The notes beneath the pieces were generated by a model, which was given only the letters and a program-made list of their open reading frames with translations, did not search any database and was not told the DNA's origin. This document shows positions 18,235 through 29,403 of a stretch of 64,000 nucleotides of DNA, piece after piece. The DNA comes from a virus (lineage: Duplodnaviria; Heunggongvirae; Uroviricota; Caudoviricetes). The DNA lies in IMG/VR virus record IMGVR_UViG_3300015214_000024, positions 201,787-265,786 of that record. One strand, 5' to 3'. Made by a program: the position numbers and the translations under genes. Numbering within the stretch: position 1 is the stretch's first letter; each line of letters starts with the position of its first letter.

Positions 18235-18324
18235 ACTATATTCTGTTCACAAAACGGCGTGGGGATGCTCGCGTGATCATAGCGCTCACTGATCTGAACG
18301 GGAAAACACCTACAGAATATAGTT
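18235..18324 (+). ncRNA. closed-stem multi-junction RNA candidate
   Basis: ACTATATTCTGT/ACAGAATATAGT stem enclosing three hairpins. Confidence 0.55.
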
Positions 18325-18327
18325 AAC

Positions 18328-18400
18328 GCTTTGTAAGCATTGCTGGCGATGCGCCGGATTCGTAACCCGGAGATAATGAGTTCGATTCTCGTACAAAGCA
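18328..18400 (+). tRNA. tRNA-Thr(CGT)
   Basis: loop TTCGTAA. Confidence 0.85.
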
Positions 18401-18401
18401 C

Positions 18402-18577
18402 GGGCCTGAACGCCAAGGAGGAATGGCAACGCAGGAAAGGAGCGTCGGGGTAACACCTAACGCGCATTAAATCTAGGTTGAGGTATTTTTGTAGCTCGTG
18501 GTAGTTCCTAAATCAACCGAAAGCCCTTGGTAATGCTTGGGTTGCGCTAATCGCCGGTTCGAATCCGGTCGGGTCCA
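18402..18577 (+). ncRNA. 176-nt tRNA-like RNA with Ala identity and large inserted domain
   Basis: GGGCCTG/CGGGTCC-A (G3:U70), T-arm GCCGG-TTCGAAT-CCGGT, GCAACGCAGG/CTTGGGTTGC stem. Confidence 0.65.
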
Positions 18578-19153
18578 CAGGGCACCAGCATCTACGCTCT
18601 GCTTTTGAAAATCCTTATTACCCGATAAGGGCGTAATTTATTACCAAAAGTATTCCGGTGCTGCTTCCGATTGATGATTGGGTGTCATTAATCAAACGTG
18701 GAAGGCGCTGGCCGCGAGTCCAGCAAGCAACTTGTGGAGAACAAGAACTCGCTATTTTTTTAAAGGAGAGCAAATATGAAACAGGTAAACTATCGACAAT
18801 GTGGTTTAGCCCAGGATCGCTCTCGCGTAATCGGATGGATCGAAGAGCGCGGAGCCAAAATGGGTGCTCGCGTTGAAATTGAAGAACTTGGCGGCTTTTG
18901 GGAAGTCGTTGGAGTCGGCACCACGGTCCGCACCAAGTCTGAAGTTCAAGAAGCGCAGAACCGCGCTCGTCAACCTTTCTGTGCCTTAAAATCATATAGA
19001 GGTAACAAATAATTGACTTTTTATTGTTCCCTATTGTATTATTGCAATAGGGAACAAGGGTTAATAGTACCAATAGCCAAACCAGTAACCCCGAAAGACC
19101 CACAGGTAGAAATGCCGGTTGAAGCTGTTAGGGCTATTACTTAGGGATTTGAG

Positions 19154-19711
19154 ATGGAATTTAAAAAAGGCGCAATTACTGTAATTGATGATATTTTTAC
19201 TACACAAGATTGTAGTGATATACTTGATTATTACGATAACAATAGACACGATCTAGTACATCGAACAGATCATCGAAACAAAAAATTTCTATCAATTGTA
19301 GATCCTAAAACTAATTTGCCACGTGATGGCATTGCTAAAAATATAGCTATCAAGCTTTTAACTTGGATGGATTTTAGATACCGGATCGAATGGGGTCATA
19401 TTGAAGAGCGTGAACCGGGTTCCCATTTGCCATACCACTACGATTTACATTCAAATAGTACGGTTTTCACATCTGTCACATATTTGAATGATGATTATGA
19501 TGGCGGTTATACTATCATTAGACCGCACGGTGAAGAAAGTGATAAGTATAACATTAGAGTAATTCCAAAGGCTGGAAGAACTGTGTTCTTTCACGGTGCA
19601 TACAATTACCATTGTGTAACTGAAGTAGAGAAAAGTAATAGGTACGTGATACCAATGTGGTATATGTTTATGCCTTTGGACTTGCCAGAAAAACTTAAAT
19701 GGTGGATTTGA
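19154..19711 (+). CDS. 2OG-Fe(II) oxygenase
   Basis: HYD, YLNDDYDGG, HCV, R. Confidence 0.9.
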   Translation: MEFKKGAITVIDDIFTTQDCSDILDYYDNNRHDLVHRTDHRNKKFLSIVDPKTNLPRDGIAKNIAIKLLTWMDFRYRIEWGHIEEREPGSHLPYHYDLHSNSTVFTSVTYLNDDYDGGYTIIRPHGEESDKYNIRVIPKAGRTVFFHGAYNYHCVTEVEKSNRYVIPMWYMFMPLDLPEKLKWWI

Positions 19712-19715
19712 TAAA

Positions 19716-20273
19716 ATGGAATTCAAAAAGGGATCTATCAGTGTTATAGATGATATTTTCACACAAGACGAATGCTCAAGGCTGATAAAATATTATAATG
19801 ATAATTTTGATAGAGCTATAATTCGCCCAGATTATCGAAATTTAAAATTCCTTGAAATTGTAAGTCATTATGACCAAAAGCCTTTTGATGATTTTTGTAA
19901 AAAAAATGTATCAAAAATTATGGATTGGATGGATTATCGATACAGGATTCAGCGCGCTCACATAGAACGTCGCCATCCAGGATCGTATATGAAGTGGCAT
20001 TTGGATTCAGCTTTTGATTTAACGGTTTTTACATCAGTTACATATCTGAATGATGATTATGATGGTGGTCACACTGTAATTAGACCACACGGTGATGAAA
20101 CTGACGATCACAATATTGAAATAGTACCAAGAGTTGGACGAACTGTATTCTTCCACGGTGCATATCACGATCATTGTGTGAGCGAAGTGAGCGGGGGAGA
20201 GCGATATACCATACCAATGTGGTATATGACTATGCCGCCAGATCTTCCTGATAAACATAAATGGTGGTTATAA
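19716..20273 (+). CDS. 2OG-Fe(II) oxygenase, tandem paralog
   Basis: HLD, YLNDDYDGG, HCV, R; same length as neighbour. Confidence 0.9.
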   Translation: MEFKKGSISVIDDIFTQDECSRLIKYYNDNFDRAIIRPDYRNLKFLEIVSHYDQKPFDDFCKKNVSKIMDWMDYRYRIQRAHIERRHPGSYMKWHLDSAFDLTVFTSVTYLNDDYDGGHTVIRPHGDETDDHNIEIVPRVGRTVFFHGAYHDHCVSEVSGGERYTIPMWYMTMPPDLPDKHKWWL

Positions 20274-20279
20274 AATCAT

Positions 20280-20366
20280 ATCTCGGTAATGCTCAAAGGT
20301 AAGAGCTAGGACCTGTCGTATCAATATAGGCAGGCCTGGATGCAGGTTCAATCCCTGTCCGAGGTG
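20280..20366 (+). ncRNA. tRNA-like RNA with elongated anticodon stem
   Basis: ATCTCGG/CCGAGGT, D-arm GCTC/GAGC, T-arm, CCTGTC/GGCAGG extension. Confidence 0.65.
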
Positions 20367-21046
20367 CAAACGGCAAAAACTGGATTGGTACTGGTTGACA
20401 TACGCCAATTCAGATATTAGAATGAAGGCCAATTTAAGATACTATAAATTGGTTGTTTTGCCACCAATAGGAGAAAAAATCAATGGGACATCGTAACAAA
20501 GAGCGTATTGATTTCTCCAATTTTAAACGAATGGAAGCATTGAAACTTCCAGCAAATCGTGATGAATGGTTTCCTGCTCATCGCCAAAATGATTGTTTAG
20601 AAATCTATCTCAGCGAAACGATGGATCATAAGAAAAACTTCTTAACAGTGGTCGGCGTGAACGATGGCGATGATGGATATATTGTAAAATGGTTTGATGG
20701 GCACGACAATCCGGATGCTTTTGAATTATTCACAAGATTGATGAATATGGAAATCATATTTAAAAAGAATCTATATGATTTAGGAATGTATGATGACTAA
20801 GCCATATAAAATAATGCAGATAGCAAGTAATGATGATATTGAATATTTTGGTCGGTCATTATCTAAATCAATGAACGTTGAATTACCAAGATTGCTGATG
20901 CTTAGTGAAGTTGAAGCGATTTTGTCGAAAATGCACAATAATAAAGTGCAGGTCAGTTCAATTGTTAAAGACACTATTGAAGAACGATATATTGTTTTTC
21001 AAGACGAATTAACATATTGTGAATTTATGTTATTGGTATAAAATTT

Positions 21047-21120
21047 GGGAGTATAGCACAACGGTAGTGCGTCCGACTGATAATCGGCCGATCCAAGTTC
21101 GATTCTTGGTATTCCCACCA
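21047..21120 (+). tRNA. tRNA-Ile(GAT)
   Basis: loop CTGATAA, CCA. Confidence 0.92.
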
Positions 21121-21121
21121 T

Positions 21122-21195
21122 TGCCCTTTCCTCTAATGGTAAGAGACGCGGCTCTGAACCGTTCAATCGGGGTTCGAATCCCTGAAGGGCATCCA
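21122..21195 (+). tRNA. tRNA-Gln(CTG)
   Basis: loop CTCTGAA, CCA. Confidence 0.9.
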
Positions 21196-21272
21196 TTCAC
21201 CAATCAGTATCCAGCGCTGAATAAGATTGGACTAAGGTAGCGTAAAAATTAACCGCGCGCTAGGTTGGTGAA

Positions 21273-22094
21273 TTACTTTTTCTTCTTTTTCTTTTTAGAA
21301 TATTTGGCCCAAGCAAAGCCAACTATCGGAATGAGTAACGACCCCCAAGCCCATTCCCAATTGGCAGATAACCATTTGGTTATGCGTTGCTTGGTAGTAA
21401 TGTTTACATTTACTTTACCAACGTATGTGTCTAAATATCGTTCAGCTTTTTCGCCATCAACTGTAATAATAGCCGTTACTGTAATTTTAACTTCTTTGCC
21501 TGGTCCGCTGGAAAGTGGCTTTAGTGACCATTTCCAAGTTGTATCCTGATCACCCATAATAATTTGACGCTGTGGTGTAAGATTGATCACGTCAAAGTCT
21601 CTAGCCTCAAGTCTAACTTCGACAATTCTAGATATTTGGATGTTTTGAGTAATTTGTTGCCCTTCTGGTAAATGTTCTTTCAACTGATCTATTGAAATTG
21701 AAGGATTGATTTTCACCACAACTTCGATATCATCATTAATGTTTGCTTCTTGTGGAACGCTATATCCAAAAGATGATTGCGATAACTGTCGAGCGATGTC
21801 GTCAGATGAAAATACGCTTTTAGTTGGTAATTCGGATCTGTTGGTTTGTGCTGTGTGAATGCTTGTATTTTCTTGAACACTACTAGCAGGTTCTATATTA
21901 TTTAAATATTCATAATTATCACTAATTGACTGCTCATTGGTGTAGTCTTCAGCGGTTTCTGTGGTGACTTGTTCAGATTGTGAATCAAGTTGATAGCCTA
22001 TATTCGAGTGTTCATACTGAATATTTTTCATTACTGCGCATCCAGTACATAGACTGCATATTAATACGAATAAAAATAGACTTAGTTTTTTCAT
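21273..22094 (-). CDS. putative lipoprotein with C-terminal membrane anchor
   Basis: signal peptide with CTGC lipobox-like motif, C-terminal TM then poly-K; TATAAATA upstream. Confidence 0.7.
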   Translation of the reverse strand: MKKLSLFLFVLICSLCTGCAVMKNIQYEHSNIGYQLDSQSEQVTTETAEDYTNEQSISDNYEYLNNIEPASSVQENTSIHTAQTNRSELPTKSVFSSDDIARQLSQSSFGYSVPQEANINDDIEVVVKINPSISIDQLKEHLPEGQQITQNIQISRIVEVRLEARDFDVINLTPQRQIIMGDQDTTWKWSLKPLSSGPGKEVKITVTAIITVDGEKAERYLDTYVGKVNVNITTKQRITKWLSANWEWAWGSLLIPIVGFAWAKYSKKKKKKK

Positions 22095-22118
22095 TCTGTT
22101 ATTTATAAGGATAACTAT

Positions 22119-22202
22119 TCTCCCTACTACTGGTAGGTCTAGTAACGTGACTTTGAATCACGGGTGCGCGGACGCGCAAAGGTTCGAATCCTTGAGGGAG
22201 AT
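22119..22202 (+). tRNA. tRNA with TTG (Gln) anticodon and long variable arm
   Basis: CGTGA-CTTTGAA-TCACG; GCGC-GGAC-GCGC arm. Confidence 0.78.
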
Positions 22203-22221
22203 CAAATTTGAGGTATTGATA

Positions 22222-22905
22222 ATGAAAACTTTTACATATGCTATTGGAGATATACACGGTCGATTGGACCTTTTGGTTAAATCGATTGAACTGATTGAGC
22301 ATCACCGTTTACAGAATGATGCATATGCTATAGTTGTATTTTTGGGAGACTACGTTGATCGTGGCCCGAACAGCAAAGAAGTGTGTGATATTTTAATGGC
22401 CGGACCAAATACTGAAAATACTGAATGGATTATACTCCAAGGAAATCACGAAATAATGTTAATTGAAGCTGGTCTAGGCGGTTTTTCTGAACAGAAATTT
22501 TGGCTTAATAATGGCGGTCAAGAAACGCTTAGCAGTTTTGGTGGCTATCGGGAAATGATTCCATATATCAAATGGATGCAAAATTTAACAAAATATTACT
22601 ATGATGGTGAACGTGTATTTGTTCACGCTGGCATTAAAGACGGTGTTCCATTAGAGCAAACGCCTGAGGCTGTGTTACAATGGATAAGATATCCTGATGA
22701 ATATGAGCCTAATTCCCCTTTAGGTTATTTGGTTCACGGTCACACTCCTAAAATGGGCCAGCCTTTGATTCTAAAAACCAGGTGTGATTTAGACGTCTGG
22801 GGAGTCGCTACTGGTAAAGTATGTGTTGGCGTTTTTGAAAAGGGCATCCCGGGCGGCCCGATTGATTTATTGGAAGCCAATATGGGATATAGAGCACTTG
22901 ACTAA
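22222..22905 (+). CDS. Ser/Thr protein phosphatase (PphA/NinI-like)
   Basis: GDIHG, GDYVDRGPNS, GNHE, HAG, HGHTP. Confidence 0.92.
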   Translation: MKTFTYAIGDIHGRLDLLVKSIELIEHHRLQNDAYAIVVFLGDYVDRGPNSKEVCDILMAGPNTENTEWIILQGNHEIMLIEAGLGGFSEQKFWLNNGGQETLSSFGGYREMIPYIKWMQNLTKYYYDGERVFVHAGIKDGVPLEQTPEAVLQWIRYPDEYEPNSPLGYLVHGHTPKMGQPLILKTRCDLDVWGVATGKVCVGVFEKGIPGGPIDLLEANMGYRALD

Positions 22906-22956
22906 CTAGGTCATCTTTGCTATATCAATGGGTGTGATTAACAGTAAGGAAATATA

Positions 22957-23532
22957 ATGACAATTCTCCGTTGGGATAAACCGAAAAAAGTGATGACCGC
23001 CCAGCAATGGGGTGAGCATTATGGTTTTGATGGCGGCCCCATTGGTGGTTATGCCCCAAATATGAGTGAAGCTGACCAGCTTTCCTGGAAAGCCAAAATC
23101 ACCGGTAAAAAACTTGGATTCCCGCAGGTAGAGATTCGAAAGACTACTGAACGTGGTAGTCAGGTAGTAATTATTATCAATTTGGGCGCTGGATATAATT
23201 ACAAGTATTATCGAGCGGTTGATGATGATTATACTAAGTACGCTGATTATGCTGATTATTTGGCACAGGAAGGTGCCCATTATCATCAAAAATATCCTCA
23301 ACAATATCCCACTCTTCAGGATGGCATTGATTTTATTTCCGAATGTGGTGATGAAGAAGGATTTTGGCGTTGCAAATATCCCACGAAAGGGATCAATGTT
23401 CATATAGCTACGAACGGCCCAATTCAAATGACTTTTGATGAAATGATGGATATGCAAAAGGCCATTGAAGAAGCAAAAGTAGCACTTACTAGTTTAGAGA
23501 TTGCACCAAGCTATGCTAAAAAAACTGGCTAA
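22957..23532 (+). CDS. hypothetical protein
   Basis: 191 aa ORF with RBS and upstream TTGACT promoter. Confidence 0.7.
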   Translation: MTILRWDKPKKVMTAQQWGEHYGFDGGPIGGYAPNMSEADQLSWKAKITGKKLGFPQVEIRKTTERGSQVVIIINLGAGYNYKYYRAVDDDYTKYADYADYLAQEGAHYHQKYPQQYPTLQDGIDFISECGDEEGFWRCKYPTKGINVHIATNGPIQMTFDEMMDMQKAIEEAKVALTSLEIAPSYAKKTG

Positions 23533-23795
23533 TCTTTTTATATCAATATATGAATTCCTTTATAGAGGATATGAATTTGCCACATTTCAGCATTTTAAAT
23601 TGGGTGAATATGAAATTCATTATCTAATTGATTGCGGTGCTGGTTATATGGGCGGTGTAGATACCGTAGCGGCTTGTAGTGTGAAAGATGCATTAAAAAG
23701 TCATCGACAACACGATGTAGAAGCAGTATATTGCGATGGTGAGTTAGTATATGCTGCCAGCTGGGCTGATATACAAAGTTTAGATTGAGAGATGT

Positions 23796-24131
23796 ATGCC
23801 CATAATTTATGAACCAAAACCAGAAACTTGGCAAGATGCAGTATTTCGTATCTGTTCAAATTTGAATGATGAAGAAATTAAAACCTTGAAAGAAAATAGC
23901 TATGCACTATTTCACCACGGCCTGGGCACTAGTATCCGAAACAACTGGGACCTGTGGGATGAAACGTCATCATTGTATAAATCATTTCAGAATGACCTTG
24001 GTTTGACACACGCTGACGATATGAGTGGTATTATTCTTCGTAGTGCAGAAGCTACTGCTAAAGGTGAACCAGTACAATGTAAAGAATGGGCTGGAGAATA
24101 TTTAAAATATTGGGAACAGTGCAATAAATAA
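23796..24131 (+). CDS. DUF6794-like protein
   Basis: HHGLGTSIRNNWDLW, HADDMSGIIL. Confidence 0.55.
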   Translation: MPIIYEPKPETWQDAVFRICSNLNDEEIKTLKENSYALFHHGLGTSIRNNWDLWDETSSLYKSFQNDLGLTHADDMSGIILRSAEATAKGEPVQCKEWAGEYLKYWEQCNK

Positions 24132-24138
24132 AATATAT

Positions 24139-24211
<73 letters not shown>

Positions 24212-24212
24212 C

Positions 24213-24397
24213 AATTATTACAGTGTAACCGCGGAATAGCACTGTGTTGGCAAACGGCATCAATTTAGCCAGACTATAGGTTTGAAATTGGCTGTTCGGA
24301 CCCCATACTGGTAGGATGGCAAAGTCGTGCACCTATTGGTTGGTGGCTACGTGATTAATCACATATAATGAGGTTGGGCCAAAATACTGTAATAATT
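24213..24397 (+). ncRNA. closed-stem RNA candidate filling a tRNA spacer
   Basis: AATTATTACAGT/ACTGTAATAATT 12-bp closure. Confidence 0.6.
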
Positions 24398-24400
24398 AAT

Positions 24401-24476
24401 GCTGTTGTAGCTCAGTGGTAGTAGCACTTCATTGGTAATGAAGAGGTCGTGGGTTCAATCCCCACCAACAGCACCA
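24401..24476 (+). tRNA. tRNA-Thr(GGT)
   Basis: loop TTGGTAA, CCA. Confidence 0.92.
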
Positions 24477-24520
24477 GATAAATATTTGTACTTTGAGGCA
24501 CAAATAAAGAGGATCATCAA

Positions 24521-24667
24521 ATGTCATACCCAAATGTATCTGATCACGAAAGTAGAATTGCTGCGCTTGAATCAAGAATTGAAGCACTTGAAGGTCAATC
24601 ATCATCTGACAATAGCCTGCTTCAATTTTTGGCTAAATTGAAGAAGTGGTTCCCATTTATTAGATAA
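24521..24667 (+). CDS. unlisted 48-aa coiled-coil late protein
   Basis: GAGGA RBS, ATAAATA upstream, HESRIAALESRIEALE. Confidence 0.65.
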   Translation: MSYPNVSDHESRIAALESRIEALEGQSSSDNSLLQFLAKLKKWFPFIR

Positions 24668-24740
24668 TAGTGTGGCCCGATGGGCAGAGCTCGGTCGCTC
24701 CGAGATAGAGTTATAGTTTCTGTACACTGAAACTGCGTAT

Positions 24741-24817
24741 GCCCGAGTAGCTCTTCTGGTGAAGACACTTGCTTTACACGCAAGTTAAGGTGAGTTCGAT
24801 CCTCACCTCGGGTACCA
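24741..24817 (+). tRNA. tRNA-Val(TAC)
   Basis: loop TTTACAC, CCA. Confidence 0.88.
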
Positions 24818-25283
24818 AATTTTAGAAAGACATATTATGAAAGTCCAAATTGATCTAAAAGTTCTTGAAAATTTAATCGAAGCTCTTGAATTTTATGCAA
24901 ATCCTGACACTTATTGGGCTTGCAGTTTTATGTTTGATCGACCGACTGGTGGCTTTGATGAAGATTTTTCAGACCACCAAGAATATAAAGATTTCTTGGA
25001 TGGATCTGCTCCTGATTGCTATTATGAAGACAGGGAAAGGCCAGGAAAGACTGCACGTATTGCGTTACGTGATTATGATACTAATCCTGCCATACCAGTT
25101 GAAGGTGAAGAATGATAGATTTATTTTTTATCTTCATAATGTTAATAATGGGCGGCTGTATGGGCTACAGTCTCGGACGCCACCCTGGTAAGAATGTTTT
25201 TGATAAATTTATGTTTATGATAGAACAAACTTGCAGAGAAGATTTGACAGACGATAAGAAATAAGTTAGTATAAAGAATACAT

Positions 25284-25358
25284 TGCCCGGTAGTTCAATG
25301 GTGGAACACTAGACTTTGAATCTGGGGGTTGTAGGTTCGAGTCCTACCCGGGCATCCA
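25284..25358 (+). tRNA. tRNA-Gln(TTG)
   Basis: loop CTTTGAA, CCA. Confidence 0.92.
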
Positions 25359-26120
25359 AGTTGGTTCATTCGGATTTAGGTTCGGGTGGTCAATGGCTCC
25401 TATTAGGACCAACGCCCAAGGGATTAATCCACGCCGTTGCTCTTCTGATAGATCAGTATGTTGACACAGGCTTGTATTTCCTTGTTAGAAAACAAGGTGG
25501 CGGAACGGATGTTCTTTTGAATTTAGGAGGCTTCGTTCGTGAAGCCTCCTTTTCCTTTGAGTGGAGAGTATATGACTGACGAAGTTGAAATGTTCAGGAC
25601 CGAAGAAGAAGCAAAAGAATATTGGGACGATGTTACTCTTCGTGCAGATATTATCGAAGGTGTAGTCCGAACACTAATCGTAGCCAAGGATGGCACGTAT
25701 AATCGCAACAGCGATGCATCATTTGATCGGTTTGATATCAGGTCTGCGGTAGCGATGGCGCTTAGCCTTTATACTGACAAGAACCTTGAATTGATTGAAA
25801 TGATGAACAAAGTCACAACACGTGATTGACTTTAATTTCCTAAAAGTTTAATATCCTTTTCTACAAGATAGGAAAGTTTATGAATCCGCCAGCAAAAGAC
25901 AAGTCGCCCATTGACGATTTCATTGGACCATTTTCTAAGAAACATCACGTTATTGCTGAAATTCTAAGTCCAGGACTTTGGTCTGAGTCATCTCACGAAC
26001 ACGTTAATTGGTGTTTGTGGGCTAAACAGTCTTTTTATCGTCGAAATACATATTTTGGCGTGCAATTTTGGTTTAAGCGTGTAGATGCGTTAGAACAAGC
26101 TGATAAAATCATTAAGGCTA

Positions 26121-26882
26121 TTGAGGAGATTGAAAGTGAATGATAAATTTGAAAAACTGATCGATCGCCTTAGCCAAAAGATACGGCTTTCGGCTAATCC
26201 AGTTCCCGGATTTATTGTTGGTTTGAGTGGGACTGATTCAATCGTCACATTTATACTTCTTTATGAAGCCTTGAAGCGCTACAATCGCGAAGATCGTCTT
26301 TATGGTATTCATTACGTTAATGAATATCGAAAAAAGCCATCGTGGTTTGAAAAAGATATTATTCCTTGGTTGGCGGAAACTTATCCAAACACTCGGCTTG
26401 AAGTCCATACACCATTAGGTGGAAATTTTGATCAACAACGATGGGCTGATTTACATTTACGGGCATTGAATGAAATTGTTGTAAACGGGTTTGGTGAAAA
26501 GAAACTAAAGTTATTTGATCCTGGGCAAAACTACTGGGTTTCTGGTTGTATGAATGCCACTGAAAAAGCTCTTGGAAATTACAGCATTTTATCCAATAGC
26601 GTAAGCATTCAGCCCATTCAGACAATTTACAAGGGAGAAATTTTGGATATTTGTGTCGAACATAATGTTCCTGAAATTGCTATCGAAATGTCGCAAATTC
26701 CTGACTGCTTCTGTGGTCGAGAAGAAATTGCTGCTCACAATGTTCGTTTGATTGATGAAATTATCACTTACAAGTTGGATCCTTCAAAATATGATCCAGA
26801 ATTGCTGGCTGAAGTTTATGCCTATGTTCAAGAAACTAAGCGAGCCAATGATTTCAAAAACAGGACACCATTTAACGTATGA
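26121..26882 (+). CDS. NAD synthetase-like (NadE fold) adenine-nucleotide alpha hydrolase
   Basis: VGLSGTDS PP-loop, NATE..LG, QPI..IYK.EI. Confidence 0.65.
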   Translation: MRRLKVNDKFEKLIDRLSQKIRLSANPVPGFIVGLSGTDSIVTFILLYEALKRYNREDRLYGIHYVNEYRKKPSWFEKDIIPWLAETYPNTRLEVHTPLGGNFDQQRWADLHLRALNEIVVNGFGEKKLKLFDPGQNYWVSGCMNATEKALGNYSILSNSVSIQPIQTIYKGEILDICVEHNVPEIAIEMSQIPDCFCGREEIAAHNVRLIDEIITYKLDPSKYDPELLAEVYAYVQETKRANDFKNRTPFNV

Positions 26883-27532
26883 TTATCCATACTACGTTAA
26901 TTCGACAGCGCCCGGGTGGAAAAATGGTGGGTATGCTTGGCGTATTAAAATATACTGGTGGTGATCTTTCAGGAATAGCTCAAGCATTATATAAACCATC
27001 AAGGATATATAGTGCTTGGCTTTCAATCAAACATTGGAAGAAAGTTACACATTGCGCAACATTATTTTATGATATTAGTAAGCATCAAGAACTTAGCTAT
27101 GAATTACAAAAGTATGGAATCCAGGCCAATCATTCAGAATTTAAGCATTACAATTCAATGAAGGCTAAATTATATTTAGAAGATCACGAAGCTACTGTGT
27201 TAAGAATTATAGCTTGACACGAATATTTGATAGCTGTATAACGACATTATTACGGCAGTTGGTAGTGTGTAACAGGTTCGATCCCTGACCAATTTGTAAT
27301 AGAATTGAGTAAGCCCACACAAATTTTTAGAAAGGTTGAAATGTCAAAGCGTATCTTTAAGCGTTGTGAAGCAATTCAAATACTTAATGATCTTTTTGAT
27401 CCAGACTATATGGATGAATCGGATCGAATTGATTACACCAAGTGGTCAAACGACCAACTTGAAGGTGAGCTTTGTTGCTCAGGCTATATCCACGATGAGG
27501 ATATGGGCGGAGTGGTAAATTAAAAAAAAAAT

Positions 27533-27605
27533 GGACGGTTAGCTCAGTAGGTAGAGCGGGATCCTTTTAAGTTCTTGGCCGGGGGTTCGAATCCCTCACC
27601 GTCTA
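27533..27605 (+). tRNA. tRNA-Lys(TTT)
   Basis: loop CTTTTAA. Confidence 0.85.
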
Positions 27606-28211
27606 CAGGAGAATAATCAATGATGGACCACTTTAAAACAGTTTTGGCGGTTACCTTCTTTTTTGCCATTTTAGGCGCAACTCTTGGTCCTCTTTTTGGT
27701 TTTCAACAAGTTATAAACCAGAAGCAAGAATGTTATACTCACACTGAATATGACAATACATTTTCATACGGTTGTGCAGGTCTTGGTTTGGTGTCGGGGC
27801 TTGTCCTTGTTTATCAAGAAGTTCGCCGCAATAAGGGTAAGAAAATAGATGATGACACAAAAAGAGATCAATCAGAAGATTGATGATATAGCCAAATGGG
27901 TCAAGCAAGGCCATAGTCAAAGTCCATCAAATTGCCGACTTTTGTTGGCTGAAATCCAACGCCTACGAGAATTAGCGAACACACTACGATGAACGAGAAG
28001 CGATTCTATGTATATGCCAGTTTCTTTAATGGCAAACGCGGCTGGTATAGAATCCGTGGAGTAGATTCTGGTGGCAATTATATTGGCAATTTCCCTGAAG
28101 GTGTTGATAAATTACCAGGTATGAAGTTTTGCCAAGATAGACCAAAAGGCAAACAAGTTAGTGAACACGTGGTCAAAGAATATTTTGGATATGTAGGCAA
28201 GGAGGTCGAAA

Positions 28212-28421
28212 ATGTCAGTTGAGTATAGGTTTTCTGAAGAAGAAGTTCAGGAACGCTTTGACGAAATTATGGATCTAGTTGATAAAGAACGTGCCCACGT
28301 GATTATTACTCGCGATGGGGTAGATGTAGCTGCGCTAATTCCGTATGAAGATTGGGAGTTTTATCAATCACTAATTAATAGTGATTGGAAAGAAGTTGGA
28401 GAGCGTAATGAAGAAGGTTAA
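28212..28421 (+). CDS. orphan Phd/YefM-family antitoxin-like protein
   Basis: FDEIMDLV...VIITRDG..VAALIPYEDWE. Confidence 0.7.
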   Translation: MSVEYRFSEEEVQERFDEIMDLVDKERAHVIITRDGVDVAALIPYEDWEFYQSLINSDWKEVGERNEEG

Positions 28422-29311
28422 TGTAGAAATTACCAATCGTGGCGCTGTTTATGTTAATGATACGCGGATCACAGGACGCCATACTAAATGGGGTGTCCAC
28501 AATGTCGTATGCAGGTTGGATAAAATTCGCCTTGATAGTGTCCGCCAAGCAATCATAGATGCCGGTTATGGTCATATTAGGCTTGATGATCAGTATTGTG
28601 AGGAAATGGGAATTTGATAGCTATGAATAGCTATGCTGATCTTAAAAAGAAATATGAAGATCAATTCAAAAATGGCGAACTTTTAGGCCATAGTGAATTA
28701 GCGGAAACTTATAGAGACAGTAACACGTTATGGTTAAAGATTAAAAACAGGCATTCTGGCAACATAGTGCAATCTAATGTTATTGAAGCTATTTTTGATT
28801 GGTCGGAATATGTTGGTATTAGAACTGAAAGCTCATTGTTGAGAAATCCACTTGGATGGCGACGTCATCCAAGTATTATGTTTTGTGATGAGTATTTTAC
28901 TGCAATATTTCCAAGATATGATTGGCAGAAAACCGCAGCAATAATTACTTGGGGTGAGTATTTTACGACGAGAAAATTAAATGTTCCTTCGAGCCAAAGT
29001 TATTGAAGTCAACAATCATTTCGATATTTCTATGATTTCATCTATTGTTATTGGTACTAATGATGCTGATGGTTTTAAGCGATGGATGGATAGAAATTAT
29101 TTGTTTATTACGCTTGGCAGTTTTGGCACGATGGTTTGTCCAGTTGCTAATTTTGATCAATATGTAAAGCTACTATACCAAAGAAGTAACCAACCTAACA
29201 TTGATAAAATTATTAAAAAGTGGGGAATTTATGACCCAAATCAAAAAACTTTTCTTGAAAAAACAAAAGGGTGGTTGACATTCAATTTTGGTTCGTTTAT
29301 AGACGTGTAAT

Positions 29312-29384
29312 GCCTCTGTAGCTCAGTGGATAGAGCGCCGTGCTTCGAACGCGGAGGTCGTAGGTTCGATCCCTACCAGGGGCT
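29312..29384 (+). tRNA. tRNA-Arg(TCG)
   Basis: loop CTTCGAA. Confidence 0.92.
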
Positions 29385-29403
29385 CAAATGATAGGAGAGA
29401 ATA

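Noticed and set aside
18402-18577. Canonical tmRNA
   Set aside because: About half the usual length, no recognisable tag frame; kept only as tRNA-like RNA.
27254-27295. Isolated T-arm (CAGG-TTCGATC-CCTG)
   Set aside because: No D or anticodon arm; probably a tRNA remnant.
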